57,603 nucleotides of DNA, from the IMG/VR virus record IMGVR_UViG_3300032319_001187, positions 1 to 57,603 of that record. One strand, given 5' to 3'. Source of the stretch: a virus. Its lineage: Duplodnaviria; Caudoviricetes. The position numbers were made by a program, and so were the translations under genes. Below the pieces are notes generated by a model, which saw only the letters and a list, made by a program, of their open reading frames with translations, did no database searches and had not been told where the DNA came from. Below are positions 33,847 to 44,022 of this stretch, in pieces (position 1 is the stretch's first letter; every line of letters starts with the position of its first letter).

Positions 33847-35994
33847 ATGTCGCAAAGATTAACCACCTCATTTATTAATACGAATATTCCTGGGGCATAC
33901 CCAAATGTTCAGGTACAGTCTACGCCTGTTGGTATTAGTACCACTGGCGTTGTTGCTATTATCGGAGAGGCCGAAGGCGGAGAAAGCTATTCTAATGAAT
34001 CTCTTAAGGATAACTTTTTTACCTCTGATCAGCTTGATAAGGTTGCTGCCAAGTACGTTAAGGGTCCAATTGTAGATGCAATGCGGGCCCTCAGCGCCCC
34101 TTCTGCGGACGCTAACATTAACGGAGCTGCTTCTCGCGTTTACGTTTTAAAAACAAACGCCGGCGCAAAAGCAAGTGCTGTAGTTGATACTGACTATGGG
34201 ACGCTTAGCGCTCAAAACTACGGAACTGACGGAAACAAAGTCAAATACCGAATTGTTGCGTCTCAACTTGAATCCGCTCCTAGCATCACTGGAACTACAA
34301 TTCCTGCGTTTGGCGCGGCTTTGAACTCTGCGGTGTTTAAAATTCGCCTTAACGGTGCAGCCGAACAAACTATCACCCTTAGTTCAACTCCTGCTAACCA
34401 CGCTGACGTTGCTACCTTAGTTACCGAACTAAACGGCTTGCTTCCTTCCGACGTGCGTGCAGCGGCTGGAGCGGCAGCTAGTACCTTGAAGCTCTATGTT
34501 ATTGTTGACAGCGCCAATTATCGTAAAGGTTTTGGTAAAGCTCTTGAGCTAATTGATAGCACTCCAGGTAACTTGGCCAAACTTGGCCACGTTGCCGGTC
34601 TTGTTAAAAGCTCGGCTGAGTCTGCAGTTGAAGTTCAAATCACTCGTTCCGACATCAATCTAAACGAAGCACTTAACGCCGCTGGCGAAATTGCTCTTGA
34701 AATTGGTTATGTTGGAACCACGGCTACTTTGAGCATTGTTGCCAACACGCTTACCACCACGGTGACCGGCGGATCAGGTGCAGCTCTAAGCATTGATATT
34801 TCTCAGTTTCAAACCGTTAAAGATTTGGCTGATTTTATCTCTTCTAAGGCCGGGTATACCGCGATTGCTTCCGCTGCAGGGGCTCAAGCCAAGCCTTCTT
34901 CCCTGGACAAGGTTTCTGTTGTTGGCATCTGTTCGACTGGCGCTTCATTGCGTCCAGGCCGTGTCAAGAAGTCTTTGGCTAACTTTAAATCCGCTATTGC
35001 AAAAAGTGCGGCAGTTAGCTTCTCGGCCTCTGACATTGACGGTCTTCCCGCCCCAATGGCTTCTCCGGCATTCTTGTCGGGTGGAGCAAAAGGCGCAACT
35101 CTTGCTGTTGATATTGTCAATGCCCTGCTAAAACTAGAGGCTGCTCAAGTCAACTTTGTTGTTCCGCTGTTCAGCCGAGATGCGACCGACGATATCTCTG
35201 AAGCGCTCACTGAATCTAGTTCAACTTATACAATTGACGCTGTCCATGCTGCGGTTAAGAGCCATTGTTTGAAAATGAGCACCCCGGCTCTTAAACGGCA
35301 CCGTCTTGCAATCCTTTCTTACTCCGGCGCTTTTGCTGATGTTCAAGATAAGGCGCAAGCTTTGGCAAACTACCGCATGAGCATGACCTTCCAAAAGGTC
35401 AGCCAAGTTGACTCTTCTGGCGTAGTAAAAAGCTTCTTGCCTTGGTATGGAGCTTGTGTTGCTGCAGGGATGCAAGCGGCTGGATTCTATAAAGGTATTA
35501 CCAATAAGTTTGCTAACCTTATCAGCTTTGAAGATCCTTCAGGGTTTGATAGCGGCAGCCCTGGCGACGTTGGTACTGGCCTTGATTCAGGTCTCTTGAT
35601 TCTCCAGCGCCTCACCGCCGGTACGATTTGGGTATCCGACCAAACCACTTATGGGTTTGATACTAACTTTGTATATAACAGCTTGCAAGCCTCTTACCTT
35701 GCCGATATTGTAGCAATTGACCTTGCAGACAGTTATCAACGAGCTTTCGTTGGTCAAAGCTTGGCCGATGTTGACGTTGGAACGGCAAAGAGCTTCATGG
35801 CTGCAAAAATGGACAGTTATAAACGACTTAAGTTGATCTCGTCTAGCGACGATGCTCCGCTTGGGTATAAAAACGACAAATACAGAATCAACGGCCCGAT
35901 TCTTGAAGTAAGCGTTGAGATTAAGCTTAGCACTACGATTTACTTCATTCCGATTAACATCGAAATCAGCCAGATTCAACAGGCGTCAGAGTAA
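33847..35994 (+). CDS. Contractile tail sheath protein
   Basis: 715 aa; N-terminal IPGAY...AIIGEAEGG; LSGG..G; C-terminal IYFIPINI; followed by the tube gene. Confidence 0.9.
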   Translation: MSQRLTTSFINTNIPGAYPNVQVQSTPVGISTTGVVAIIGEAEGGESYSNESLKDNFFTSDQLDKVAAKYVKGPIVDAMRALSAPSADANINGAASRVYVLKTNAGAKASAVVDTDYGTLSAQNYGTDGNKVKYRIVASQLESAPSITGTTIPAFGAALNSAVFKIRLNGAAEQTITLSSTPANHADVATLVTELNGLLPSDVRAAAGAAASTLKLYVIVDSANYRKGFGKALELIDSTPGNLAKLGHVAGLVKSSAESAVEVQITRSDINLNEALNAAGEIALEIGYVGTTATLSIVANTLTTTVTGGSGAALSIDISQFQTVKDLADFISSKAGYTAIASAAGAQAKPSSLDKVSVVGICSTGASLRPGRVKKSLANFKSAIAKSAAVSFSASDIDGLPAPMASPAFLSGGAKGATLAVDIVNALLKLEAAQVNFVVPLFSRDATDDISEALTESSSTYTIDAVHAAVKSHCLKMSTPALKRHRLAILSYSGAFADVQDKAQALANYRMSMTFQKVSQVDSSGVVKSFLPWYGACVAAGMQAAGFYKGITNKFANLISFEDPSGFDSGSPGDVGTGLDSGLLILQRLTAGTIWVSDQTTYGFDTNFVYNSLQASYLADIVAIDLADSYQRAFVGQSLADVDVGTAKSFMAAKMDSYKRLKLISSSDDAPLGYKNDKYRINGPILEVSVEIKLSTTIYFIPINIEISQIQQASE

Positions 35995-36011
35995 TAGAAG
36001 GAGTATAGAAA

Positions 36012-36461
36012 ATGGCAACTAAAGTCTTTACTGGCGGTAGAGCCAAACTATTCGTAGACAACCAGCTTGTTGGGATCTTTGAATCAGTAAACTACGGAGC
36101 TAACGTAGGGGTTGAACCTATTCATATCTTGGGGCGCTATTCGGCGGCTGAGATTACCCAAACCTCTTATGAGGCTGTTTCGGTTCAGTGCTCTGGTTTC
36201 AGAGTAATTGATCAAGGCGCCCATATTCTCCCTAAGTTCCCTAAGCTTCAGAATCTTCTGCAGCTTGAAACTGTGACCCTAGCTATTACCGATCGTCAAA
36301 CCGGAAAAACCGTTATGACGGTCACCGGTTGCGTTCCAACCTCTTATAGCACCGGGGCACAAAGCCGTGGAACTAGCCGTATTCAAATTACGTATACGGG
36401 TCTTAAGCTTACGGACGAATCAGGAGATCAGGGCGAAGCAAATTCGACCGATCTTCCTTAA
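36012..36461 (+). CDS. Tail tube protein
   Basis: 149 aa directly after the sheath; TGGRAKL, EPIHILG..E, TITD..TG...GC. Confidence 0.82.
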   Translation: MATKVFTGGRAKLFVDNQLVGIFESVNYGANVGVEPIHILGRYSAAEITQTSYEAVSVQCSGFRVIDQGAHILPKFPKLQNLLQLETVTLAITDRQTGKTVMTVTGCVPTSYSTGAQSRGTSRIQITYTGLKLTDESGDQGEANSTDLP

Positions 36462-36484
36462 GATTTTTAACCAGCTTAAAAATG

Positions 36485-36520
36485 GCGAAGGGCTCCTGGA
36501 AACAGGGGCCCTTTGCTTTT
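36485..36520 (+). terminator. Rho-independent terminator, near-identical to the one at 14532
   Basis: GCGAAGGGCTCCTG-GAAA-CAGGGGCCCTTTGC-TTTT. Confidence 0.85.
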
Positions 36521-36597
36521 GCGGCAATCTTAAGTATGAGGGCAAGGGCTCTTTGTTATTGGGTAACTAATAGCAGGTTAGGAACAGGAAAAGATCA

Positions 36598-37158
36598 ATG
36601 TTTACCGAAAGAAAGCTTCTTGGGGTATCCCCCCGTCCGCTTACAGCAAATGGAACTGCTTACGGTCTTGTCACCGTAGCAAACAGTGCTGGCCTATTTG
36701 TTAAACAGCAGGTTATCCTTTCTAACAATTCAACAAGCGTAGTTTGTGAAATTAAACGCTTCATTTCAGATACCCAGTTCTATGTGGGCCCCAAAGGCGG
36801 GATTGACCAAAGACAGGACTTAAGCGCCTTTACCCTTGCTACTTCCCCTCAAGTTTCAGCTATCGAACAAGACCGTCAAAACATTCGCCCGGATGACTTT
36901 GAGCGAGCTGTTTACGTAGAAGAGCCCGTTGTTGCTAAGCGGGTTATTCCCGTTGACTCCAGGGGCAAATACTATGACAGCTCAAACCCTGCTCCTGTTT
37001 ATATTTCTGATAAAGCTATTTATGACAAAATTGTCATTACTCGAGATCTTGATAAAGATATCTCAAAGGTTGAGTACAAACTTGATGGCGTTACTCAGGA
37101 TCAATATGATCTAGTCTATGACATTGACAAAGACCTTGTCGAGGTTAACAGATCATGA
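36598..37158 (+). CDS. Hypothetical virion protein
   Basis: 186 aa, CAATCTTAA upstream at 36525. Confidence 0.6.
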   Translation: MFTERKLLGVSPRPLTANGTAYGLVTVANSAGLFVKQQVILSNNSTSVVCEIKRFISDTQFYVGPKGGIDQRQDLSAFTLATSPQVSAIEQDRQNIRPDDFERAVYVEEPVVAKRVIPVDSRGKYYDSSNPAPVYISDKAIYDKIVITRDLDKDISKVEYKLDGVTQDQYDLVYDIDKDLVEVNRS

Positions 37159-37367
37159 GCAAAATAAAAGACAGATTAAAATTTGAATTTAACCCAATTA
37201 CTAAGCAGCTTGATTTGGTTTCTGAATTCAACGCTGACCGTCTAGTAACACATAGCCGCAACGTAGCTGACAACCCCATGCAGATGTATGACCCTGTTTT
37301 AGGGATGCATTTTGATGTTGACGCACAGCTTGTTTACGATGAAAACGGAAACGTGGTGACTGTATGA
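37155..37367 (+). CDS. Hypothetical protein
   Basis: 70 aa, ATGA overlaps on both sides, GAGG RBS, FNPITKQLDLV motif. Confidence 0.6.
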   Translation: MSKIKDRLKFEFNPITKQLDLVSEFNADRLVTHSRNVADNPMQMYDPVLGMHFDVDAQLVYDENGNVVTV

Positions 37368-38047
37368 GCATGCATAAGAAGCTTACAGGCACCGATTTAC
37401 ATGCACCGAGTAATAACCTGGTTGAAAACCAAACGGGCGTTACCATTGCGGCTATAAGGGCCGTAAAGTTTGTTGGGGCTGGAGTATACCCTAGAATTGA
37501 GCTAACTAATAATAGCAGCGACGTCGTAAGAGGCATTACTCAAGCCGAGATTACTAATGGGGCTATTGGCTATATAACCTCGCTAGGTCTTATGTACAAC
37601 GTAAATACTGCGGCTTACTCGGTAGGAACAAAGCTTTATGCGGGTGCTAGCGGCGTTTTAACAAACATGGCTTCGGGCCTTCCTGTTGCTTATGTTCTTA
37701 AATCAAATGCTACAACCGGCATTCTTTACGTTGCCAATACTGGGGTAACTTCGGACGATATTGCGGCCACTTCTTTTCCTACGCAGGCTCAAATCAGGCT
37801 TATGTGGTCAATTGCCTATCCTTTTGCATATGCCGAATATAGCTATAATGGAACTGGCGATATTGTAGATTATAATATTTGGAGTGATAACACTAAAACG
37901 ATTCACGTTTTTAACAAACATTTTAGCTATTTGCCAAATGGCGATTTAACTCAAATTTTTACAACGTTTTATTTAACGGGAGATACTTTGACTAGAGATA
38001 TTACTTATGACCTCAACGGTCAAATGATTAATACTCAGGATTCTTAA
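37364..38047 (+). CDS. Hypothetical virion/fibre-associated protein
   Basis: 227 aa, beta-rich, C-terminal YxYxxxGD-like repeats. Confidence 0.6.
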   Translation: MSMHKKLTGTDLHAPSNNLVENQTGVTIAAIRAVKFVGAGVYPRIELTNNSSDVVRGITQAEITNGAIGYITSLGLMYNVNTAAYSVGTKLYAGASGVLTNMASGLPVAYVLKSNATTGILYVANTGVTSDDIAATSFPTQAQIRLMWSIAYPFAYAEYSYNGTGDIVDYNIWSDNTKTIHVFNKHFSYLPNGDLTQIFTTFYLTGDTLTRDITYDLNGQMINTQDS

Positions 38048-38056
38048 GAGGTAGTT

Positions 38057-41000
38057 ATGAAGACAAGCTTAGTAAATTTGCAAGCATCTGTAGGAACAAC
38101 TTACGACAAGACTCGTACATCGATGCTTGGTCGCCCATTTCAAAAAACAATTAGTGGACAACAAGCAATCGGTCCTGCTTTGACAAGCTTTCTTGACACT
38201 CAAACTGTTGCAGGTATTGCGCCACAATTTGTATTTTATGTACCATCACAAAACTTGCTGTTTTGTTCTACAAACGGTACTGGTGTTACTCAAACAATAG
38301 CAGTTTTTAATTTTAATAGAAATACGGGCGCAAGCTCCTACATTGGTCGTGTGATTCTACGTTTGGGTGATGGTGTTGCTGCCACAACTCATACTATTCG
38401 AGGATTTTCTGCATGGAGTGACGGCACTAACGTTAGATTAATTCTTGGAAGTGCTGCAGTAGCTGCAGCTTATGGTGGAGTATATGTTGCATATTGTACC
38501 CTTTCACAGTTTACACCAAGCGGAACAACAATTTGGGCGGCATCTGGACCGGGACAAAATGCCGTATACAATTTAACTCCTACAGACTATTACGGTCCAA
38601 ACGCTGGTACAGGACTTCAAAACAGTCTCTGGGGCGTAGCTTACCCATACTTATCCCCAAGTGGGGCAATTAATACCAAAGTTTACTCTATCTGTAATAC
38701 AGTAGCCGCTCCAGTAGTATTTGGGTTTGATCTTGCTACAACTCCTGATGTGTCTGGTCAAATTATTTCTGGCGTAAACTGTGTAGCAAATACTGTCTAT
38801 GCAAATACTCACTCTGCAGCATCCCCAAACGGTTGCTATTTCAACTCTGCAACTTTACCTGGCTATCAATTTACCACTGGTGCTAACGAAATAGTTGTTT
38901 TGCTGAACGGAGCAGCAACAGTGCCAACCGGAACAAGTATTGTTGCTTGGAACCCCGGTTCTGCACAGACTGCAACAACCAATCTTGCTCTTCGAGATGC
39001 TCAACGTCAATATTCATTAACCTCTCTTGCTCTTCCAACTTCATATAACTTTACAGTTACAGCAACGACTCAAATCGTATATGCCGGAACTCAATATACC
39101 AATAACGCTCAAACATTTACAGTTCCGACGCAAAACGCAGCCGCTGTAACTGCGATTAGTACGGTAGGGACAGGTGCTCCAGCCGCTTCAGGGAACTTAT
39201 CACTTGTAGCAAACCAGCGTCTTTTTACCATCACAGCACTTGCATCGCCTATTGTACAAGGTGCGGTCTATGCTCACAACGGTAACAACTATACACTGAA
39301 CGCATCACAACCAACCGGAGCAACATTCTTAGTTGCAACTGAGTCAGGAGTTCCTCTTGCTTCTGGAACTTTAACACTTTCAAGTGGTACTGGTCCTGCA
39401 ACAATTGCTTTTTCTGCACAGAGTACCGCTGTGGGTCAAACTACTATAGCATTTTCAGCTAACACATCAGTTAACGGTATTGTTGCTTCAGGCGCAACTC
39501 CTGCGACCTACACGAATACTTATAGTGGTCAAACATTTACATTCAACCTTGTGCAAAACGCTGTATCTGGCACAACCTCACTTGTTGCGCCAATGAACTT
39601 AAATACAAACGCAACCAACATTCAAGTCCCTGAATCTCTTGGTGTGCTTGTAAGAACAAGTGCGGCAAGCACTGGTCCTGCTACAATCACTTATACTGCA
39701 TCCTCTGCTGGTAATTTTTTCTTTAACCTTGCAACAATTGCAGCAGTAACAACACTTCTTGTTCCTACATCTACGTCTACCGGCTTTACCGTGATGCGAG
39801 CAAACGGGATGAGCATGAACCAATTTATTGGAAGAACTCCAGTTACGGGTTTTTCTCCTGCTCTTACCGGAACACTTTTAACCAGCAATGTTTTAAATTA
39901 TGCTCGTCCACAATCTGTACCACAAAACCCAGCACTAAACGACACTGATTGCCTTGCCACTGCAACAAGTACTAACTTATATTTAGGAAGGGTTTCTGAA
40001 CTATTTCCAGTTTCAACCACAGGTAATACCACTATTGCTTCTATTACGGTAACAGGTATCTCTTCGACTTCAGGTATTGCGATTGGTATGGCGGTAGTTG
40101 GTCCAGCAATTCCAGCAGGTACAACAGTTGCGACCGTGGGTGTCGGTACAATAACTTTGTCACAAGCAGCTAACTCGACTACTACTGGTTCGGCTTTAAG
40201 TTTTGGTACAAATAACTGGACATCATTATCGACTTCAAATGCTCTCGGAACTGGTATTGATATGGTTGCTCCTACCGTCGCATTTGCACGTTATGGGGCA
40301 AGCAATACTGGTAATGACGTTGATCGTTTTGTTTATTCTACCGGAACATCGTCTATTGTTATAAAGTCATTACAAAATAACGTAATTCAAGAATTTATCG
40401 GAGGTACATCAGTTCAGTATTATGAAACCCTCAACCTTTCAACAGTATCAACTGGGGTTGCTGCCCTTACCGGACTTGAATGCCGAGGCGGTTGGCTTTT
40501 TATGGTTAACGGAACAACTATTGGACAGCGTGGTATTGTGTGTGCTGATATTTGGTCTGATCATAGTTATGGTAACAGTGCTTTAATTTCTGCAATTCAG
40601 TATATTGCTCCGGGTAGCGTGTTTAAATACGTAAATACGCTTGAACAACTTTTTGATCGTACTGCATCCAGCTATTTCTGGATTAGGTCTGCATTAACTG
40701 CAAGCGATGCAGCTTTCAACACGGCACAAATTCCAACCCCTGCTTCGCCCGGAAACTGGACTTTGATCAATACAGCTCAAGACCTTCAAAACGTAACAAT
40801 CGGACCTTATTTTCAAATTTGTATTACTTATATAACACTTGATCTAGCAGATCAAACCCCTGCTCAAATTAGTGATATTGCCTATACCTATATCTTACCC
40901 GGAGAAGCAAGTTCTAACTGGGCACCTAGCGTTGACAATTCTTCTCAATCTGGAAACTCACCGATGTATATTGCGTGGAGATTACAGATTCCATATTCTG

Positions 41001-41227
41001 CTTCAGTTCCAACTTTGTATGTTAGGGGTTACGATGATTCTGGTAATCTTGTAGCTTCTTATAATACTTCAGCAAATGCTTCAAGTTTTCAGTATACAAC
41101 TAACAACGGTACAAGTTGGACCTCACTTGGAACTATTCCAAACGTGGCTTTAACTACTGAAGTTAGAGTTACTGTGTCTTCGCCTCCTGTAACCAACAGG
41201 ATTAACTGGAGCATATCGGAAAGCTAA
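38057..41227 (+). CDS. Large Thr/Ser/Ala/Gly-rich virion protein, candidate fibre or receptor-binding protein
   Basis: 1056 aa, very few charged residues, beta-repeat character, GAGG RBS. Confidence 0.65.
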   Translation: MKTSLVNLQASVGTTYDKTRTSMLGRPFQKTISGQQAIGPALTSFLDTQTVAGIAPQFVFYVPSQNLLFCSTNGTGVTQTIAVFNFNRNTGASSYIGRVILRLGDGVAATTHTIRGFSAWSDGTNVRLILGSAAVAAAYGGVYVAYCTLSQFTPSGTTIWAASGPGQNAVYNLTPTDYYGPNAGTGLQNSLWGVAYPYLSPSGAINTKVYSICNTVAAPVVFGFDLATTPDVSGQIISGVNCVANTVYANTHSAASPNGCYFNSATLPGYQFTTGANEIVVLLNGAATVPTGTSIVAWNPGSAQTATTNLALRDAQRQYSLTSLALPTSYNFTVTATTQIVYAGTQYTNNAQTFTVPTQNAAAVTAISTVGTGAPAASGNLSLVANQRLFTITALASPIVQGAVYAHNGNNYTLNASQPTGATFLVATESGVPLASGTLTLSSGTGPATIAFSAQSTAVGQTTIAFSANTSVNGIVASGATPATYTNTYSGQTFTFNLVQNAVSGTTSLVAPMNLNTNATNIQVPESLGVLVRTSAASTGPATITYTASSAGNFFFNLATIAAVTTLLVPTSTSTGFTVMRANGMSMNQFIGRTPVTGFSPALTGTLLTSNVLNYARPQSVPQNPALNDTDCLATATSTNLYLGRVSELFPVSTTGNTTIASITVTGISSTSGIAIGMAVVGPAIPAGTTVATVGVGTITLSQAANSTTTGSALSFGTNNWTSLSTSNALGTGIDMVAPTVAFARYGASNTGNDVDRFVYSTGTSSIVIKSLQNNVIQEFIGGTSVQYYETLNLSTVSTGVAALTGLECRGGWLFMVNGTTIGQRGIVCADIWSDHSYGNSALISAIQYIAPGSVFKYVNTLEQLFDRTASSYFWIRSALTASDAAFNTAQIPTPASPGNWTLINTAQDLQNVTIGPYFQICITYITLDLADQTPAQISDIAYTYILPGEASSNWAPSVDNSSQSGNSPMYIAWRLQIPYSASVPTLYVRGYDDSGNLVASYNTSANASSFQYTTNNGTSWTSLGTIPNVALTTEVRVTVSSPPVTNRINWSISES

Positions 41228-41230
41228 TAT

Positions 41231-42886
41231 ATGCCTAACCCATCAATTTACTTCTTAGGAAGTTCAATAGTACAGAAGCCCGCTCCAGCGGCTTTACCGT
41301 CTTTTGTTGCGCCTACCTTTGCCGGTATTGTTGGGTTAATTCAAAACCTAGACGGGTCCCTTTCAGCTAATTGGGCGCCTGCCAGTTTGGTTCCAAATCC
41401 TCCGGTTAGGTATGAGGTTTACATTCAAGCCAATACCTCAGTGGGACTGTTTAATACTTTCAATCTTCAAAATGTAACTCAAAATATTAATTCTCGCATG
41501 TTTACCGACTCTACGGGTAACGTATTATCTATTGGTACCACCTACCACGTAGGTATAAGAGCCGTAGACGCTTATGGTAATAGAGAAACTAATACGGCAA
41601 GTTTAAATCAAACTATTACTAATGCCAATTTTAATACGTTGGCTGGGGCTGTTTGGGATGTTATTAGAACTACCAAGAGCACACCTGGTACCTTTGGCGA
41701 GGCCCTTACGGCTCGAGTTGATGTTGATGTATCAACCCGTTCTACTCAAACTAGCGTAAACGCTCTTGATACAAAGCTTGGCTCTCCCGCTACGACTACT
41801 GTATCTGGGGATATTGCTGCAGTTCAGACTAAGCTTGGCACTCCTGCAGGGGTTTCTGTATCCGCAGATATTGCGGGCGTTAAATCTGTGTCCGACCTAA
41901 TAAAAATAGATACGACTTCTATCGATACAAAGGTGGACGTGACGCTATCAACCAGGGCATCACAAAGCAGCCTAAACTCTTTGGATACGAAGATTGGAAC
42001 TCCAAGCACCGCTTCTGTAGTTGGCGACATTGCTACCAGAGCTTCTCAAACCTCTGTTAATGCTATCCCGACCAACCCCTTGCTTACCACTGATTCCAGG
42101 CTTGATAATCTTGACGCAACAATTAGTTCAAGAGCAAGCCAGTCTCAAGTTGCCTCAATTCAAAACAATACAAGCTTTGTTGGAATTGTCCCAGCACCTA
42201 TCGTGTTGCCAGAAACGGGAACAAAAACCTACCCAATCTACGTCAGGCTTTTCAACGAAGCGGGTTCGCCAGCCGATCCAGATTCAAACGAAATGTATCT
42301 AGAAATAAAAGACTCGGCGGGGGCCACGGTTGTTGCTTCTATTCTAATGACAAGAAGTGGACTAGGCCAATATACTTATAATTACGTGGTTAACAATACA
42401 GACACTGAAAGACCGCTATTCTTTTTCTTTAATTACACAGAAAATAGCGTGGCCTTTAATCAGGTTAGAACTACTGAAGTGGTTGAGTTTGAATCTAAAC
42501 TTGACACTCTTCTTGCTCGCCTCACTCCGGCCAGAGCTACCAACCTGGATAACCTTGACGCGGCGGTTTCAAGTCGGTCATCGCAAACGTCCGTTACAGC
42601 TATTGATACCAAGCTTGGCACCCCTGCCACAGCCTCTGTGTCTGGCGACATTGCCACTAAATCGTCGCAAACTTCTGTTACGGCGATTGACACTAAACTT
42701 GGTACTCCTGCTACGGCCTCAGTGTCTGGTGACATTGTCGATCTTAAAACTGACATTGGCAACGTACCTACCGCTGCCGAAAACGCTGACGCTGTTTGGG
42801 ATGAAGACGTTAACGCTCACGCCACTGGGACGACCACGGCTAGAACGCTTAAAGATGCCAAGATCTTTAGTCAAATTGACTTGTAA
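41231..42886 (+). CDS. Fibre-like protein with an Fn3-like N-domain and DTKLGTPA...SGDIA repeats
   Basis: ANWAPA...YEVY...YHVGIRAVDAYGNRE (Fn3-like); five DTK(L/I)G(S/T)P-type repeats; AVWD motifs. Confidence 0.7.
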   Translation: MPNPSIYFLGSSIVQKPAPAALPSFVAPTFAGIVGLIQNLDGSLSANWAPASLVPNPPVRYEVYIQANTSVGLFNTFNLQNVTQNINSRMFTDSTGNVLSIGTTYHVGIRAVDAYGNRETNTASLNQTITNANFNTLAGAVWDVIRTTKSTPGTFGEALTARVDVDVSTRSTQTSVNALDTKLGSPATTTVSGDIAAVQTKLGTPAGVSVSADIAGVKSVSDLIKIDTTSIDTKVDVTLSTRASQSSLNSLDTKIGTPSTASVVGDIATRASQTSVNAIPTNPLLTTDSRLDNLDATISSRASQSQVASIQNNTSFVGIVPAPIVLPETGTKTYPIYVRLFNEAGSPADPDSNEMYLEIKDSAGATVVASILMTRSGLGQYTYNYVVNNTDTERPLFFFFNYTENSVAFNQVRTTEVVEFESKLDTLLARLTPARATNLDNLDAAVSSRSSQTSVTAIDTKLGTPATASVSGDIATKSSQTSVTAIDTKLGTPATASVSGDIVDLKTDIGNVPTAAENADAVWDEDVNAHATGTTTARTLKDAKIFSQIDL

Positions 42887-42897
42887 GGAATACCGCT

Positions 42898-43002
42898 ATG
42901 AGGCTTTCAAGCGATTCTGAAATTTATGTAATTGTCGCCACAAATATTGATACAAAATCAACAAACGTAAGCGTTGGAATGCAGTGGCGCGAAATATACT
43001 AA
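42898..43002 (+). CDS. 34-aa small ORF (MRLSSDSEIYVIVATNIDTKSTNVSVGMQWREIY)
   Basis: Read manually; AAGGA RBS; fills the gap up to the convergent gene. Confidence 0.4.
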   Translation: MRLSSDSEIYVIVATNIDTKSTNVSVGMQWREIY

Positions 43003-43392
43003 TTAACGAAGCTGCCCAGCTCCCCAAACAGCGGCGCTCATAACCAGAACGCCTAGGCCAAAGTAAAGAATCTGGTTTGTGCTTCGAAGTGATTCATAAG
43101 ATTGAATCTTGTCGTTCATTTTTAGCGTTGAGTCCATCCAAAGATTAACGCGCTCTTCTTGTTTTGTTAGGGCTAGGTCTTTAAGCTCAATTGTTTTGTT
43201 TAGCTCTTCAACTTGTTGTTTCCTAAGGTCAAGCTCTTTGTTGTTTTTGCCAACCTGAATGTGGCAATCTCGAGCGTAAGTGTACGAGCCGTCCTGGTTT
43301 TCTTTGATATCCCTATTCCACACACAATCTGCGTATGAAACCGGGCTTGTAAGAAGACTCAGCACAATGAGTGAAATAATTTTTTGTTTCAT
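43003..43392 (-). CDS. Secreted/membrane coiled-coil protein, candidate spanin component
   Basis: N-terminal signal peptide, coiled coil, C-terminal hydrophobic helix. Confidence 0.5.
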   Translation of the reverse strand: MKQKIISLIVLSLLTSPVSYADCVWNRDIKENQDGSYTYARDCHIQVGKNNKELDLRKQQVEELNKTIELKDLALTKQEERVNLWMDSTLKMNDKIQSYESLRSTNQILYFGLGVLVMSAAVWGAGQLR

Positions 43393-44021
43393 TGCTCACT
43401 CTCCAACAGCTTCTCGCAGGTATCTGCCTTTTCAATTGAGGTTAGACGCCTTTCTTCGGCATAAGCCAAAGTAAAAAAAGCGCCAGGCTCCACCACTGGT
43501 GACATAATGCTTTGAATAAGGTATTCCCCTTTGACAAAGTCTGATTTTGCAACTACGCCAAAAACAGGGATTTGAATGCCCATTTCTTTTGGAAACAGCC
43601 TTTTTGCCTCATTCAAATCAAAAAAAACGCACTGCTCTTCCTTTAGCCTAGGAACATGGTTGATGAAAGCAAAGTAAAGCTCTAGACCAACAACAAAAGC
43701 GCCAATAAGAGCTGCCAAAGCGCCCAACTTGATACTGCCCTTTTTGTGCCAATCCGCGTCGTCATCTTTTTGGGCTTGATCGGCTTGAGCCCCAAGGCTA
43801 TCGGCCTTTTCTTTATGTGCATTTGCCTCAACGTTAGCTTTGTCCTGTTCAGCCTTCAACGCTTCATCTTTTTGTTTTGTTTCAGTTACTAGCTTGTCGG
43901 CGGACCCAGCGATCATTTTCAAAAGAAGATCCTTAAACAAGATCAACAAAAGCAAGGGGGCGGCAATAACTATTACTAACGAAAACAATAGTTTATTTTT
44001 TTCGTAAAGTTCTTTCAACAT
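43389..44021 (-). CDS. Membrane protein with coiled coil, candidate i-spanin-like
   Basis: N-terminal TM, coiled coil, second TM. Start could alternatively be 44036. Confidence 0.5.
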   Translation of the reverse strand: MLKELYEKNKLLFSLVIVIAAPLLLLILFKDLLLKMIAGSADKLVTETKQKDEALKAEQDKANVEANAHKEKADSLGAQADQAQKDDDADWHKKGSIKLGALAALIGAFVVGLELYFAFINHVPRLKEEQCVFFDLNEAKRLFPKEMGIQIPVFGVVAKSDFVKGEYLIQSIMSPVVEPGAFFTLAYAEERRLTSIEKADTCEKLLESEQ

Positions 44022-44022
44022 G

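Noticed and set aside
38057-42886. Diversity-generating retroelement target
   Set aside because: No reverse transcriptase in the window and no repeat pair differing only at adenines; the repeat differences are synonymous third-position changes.
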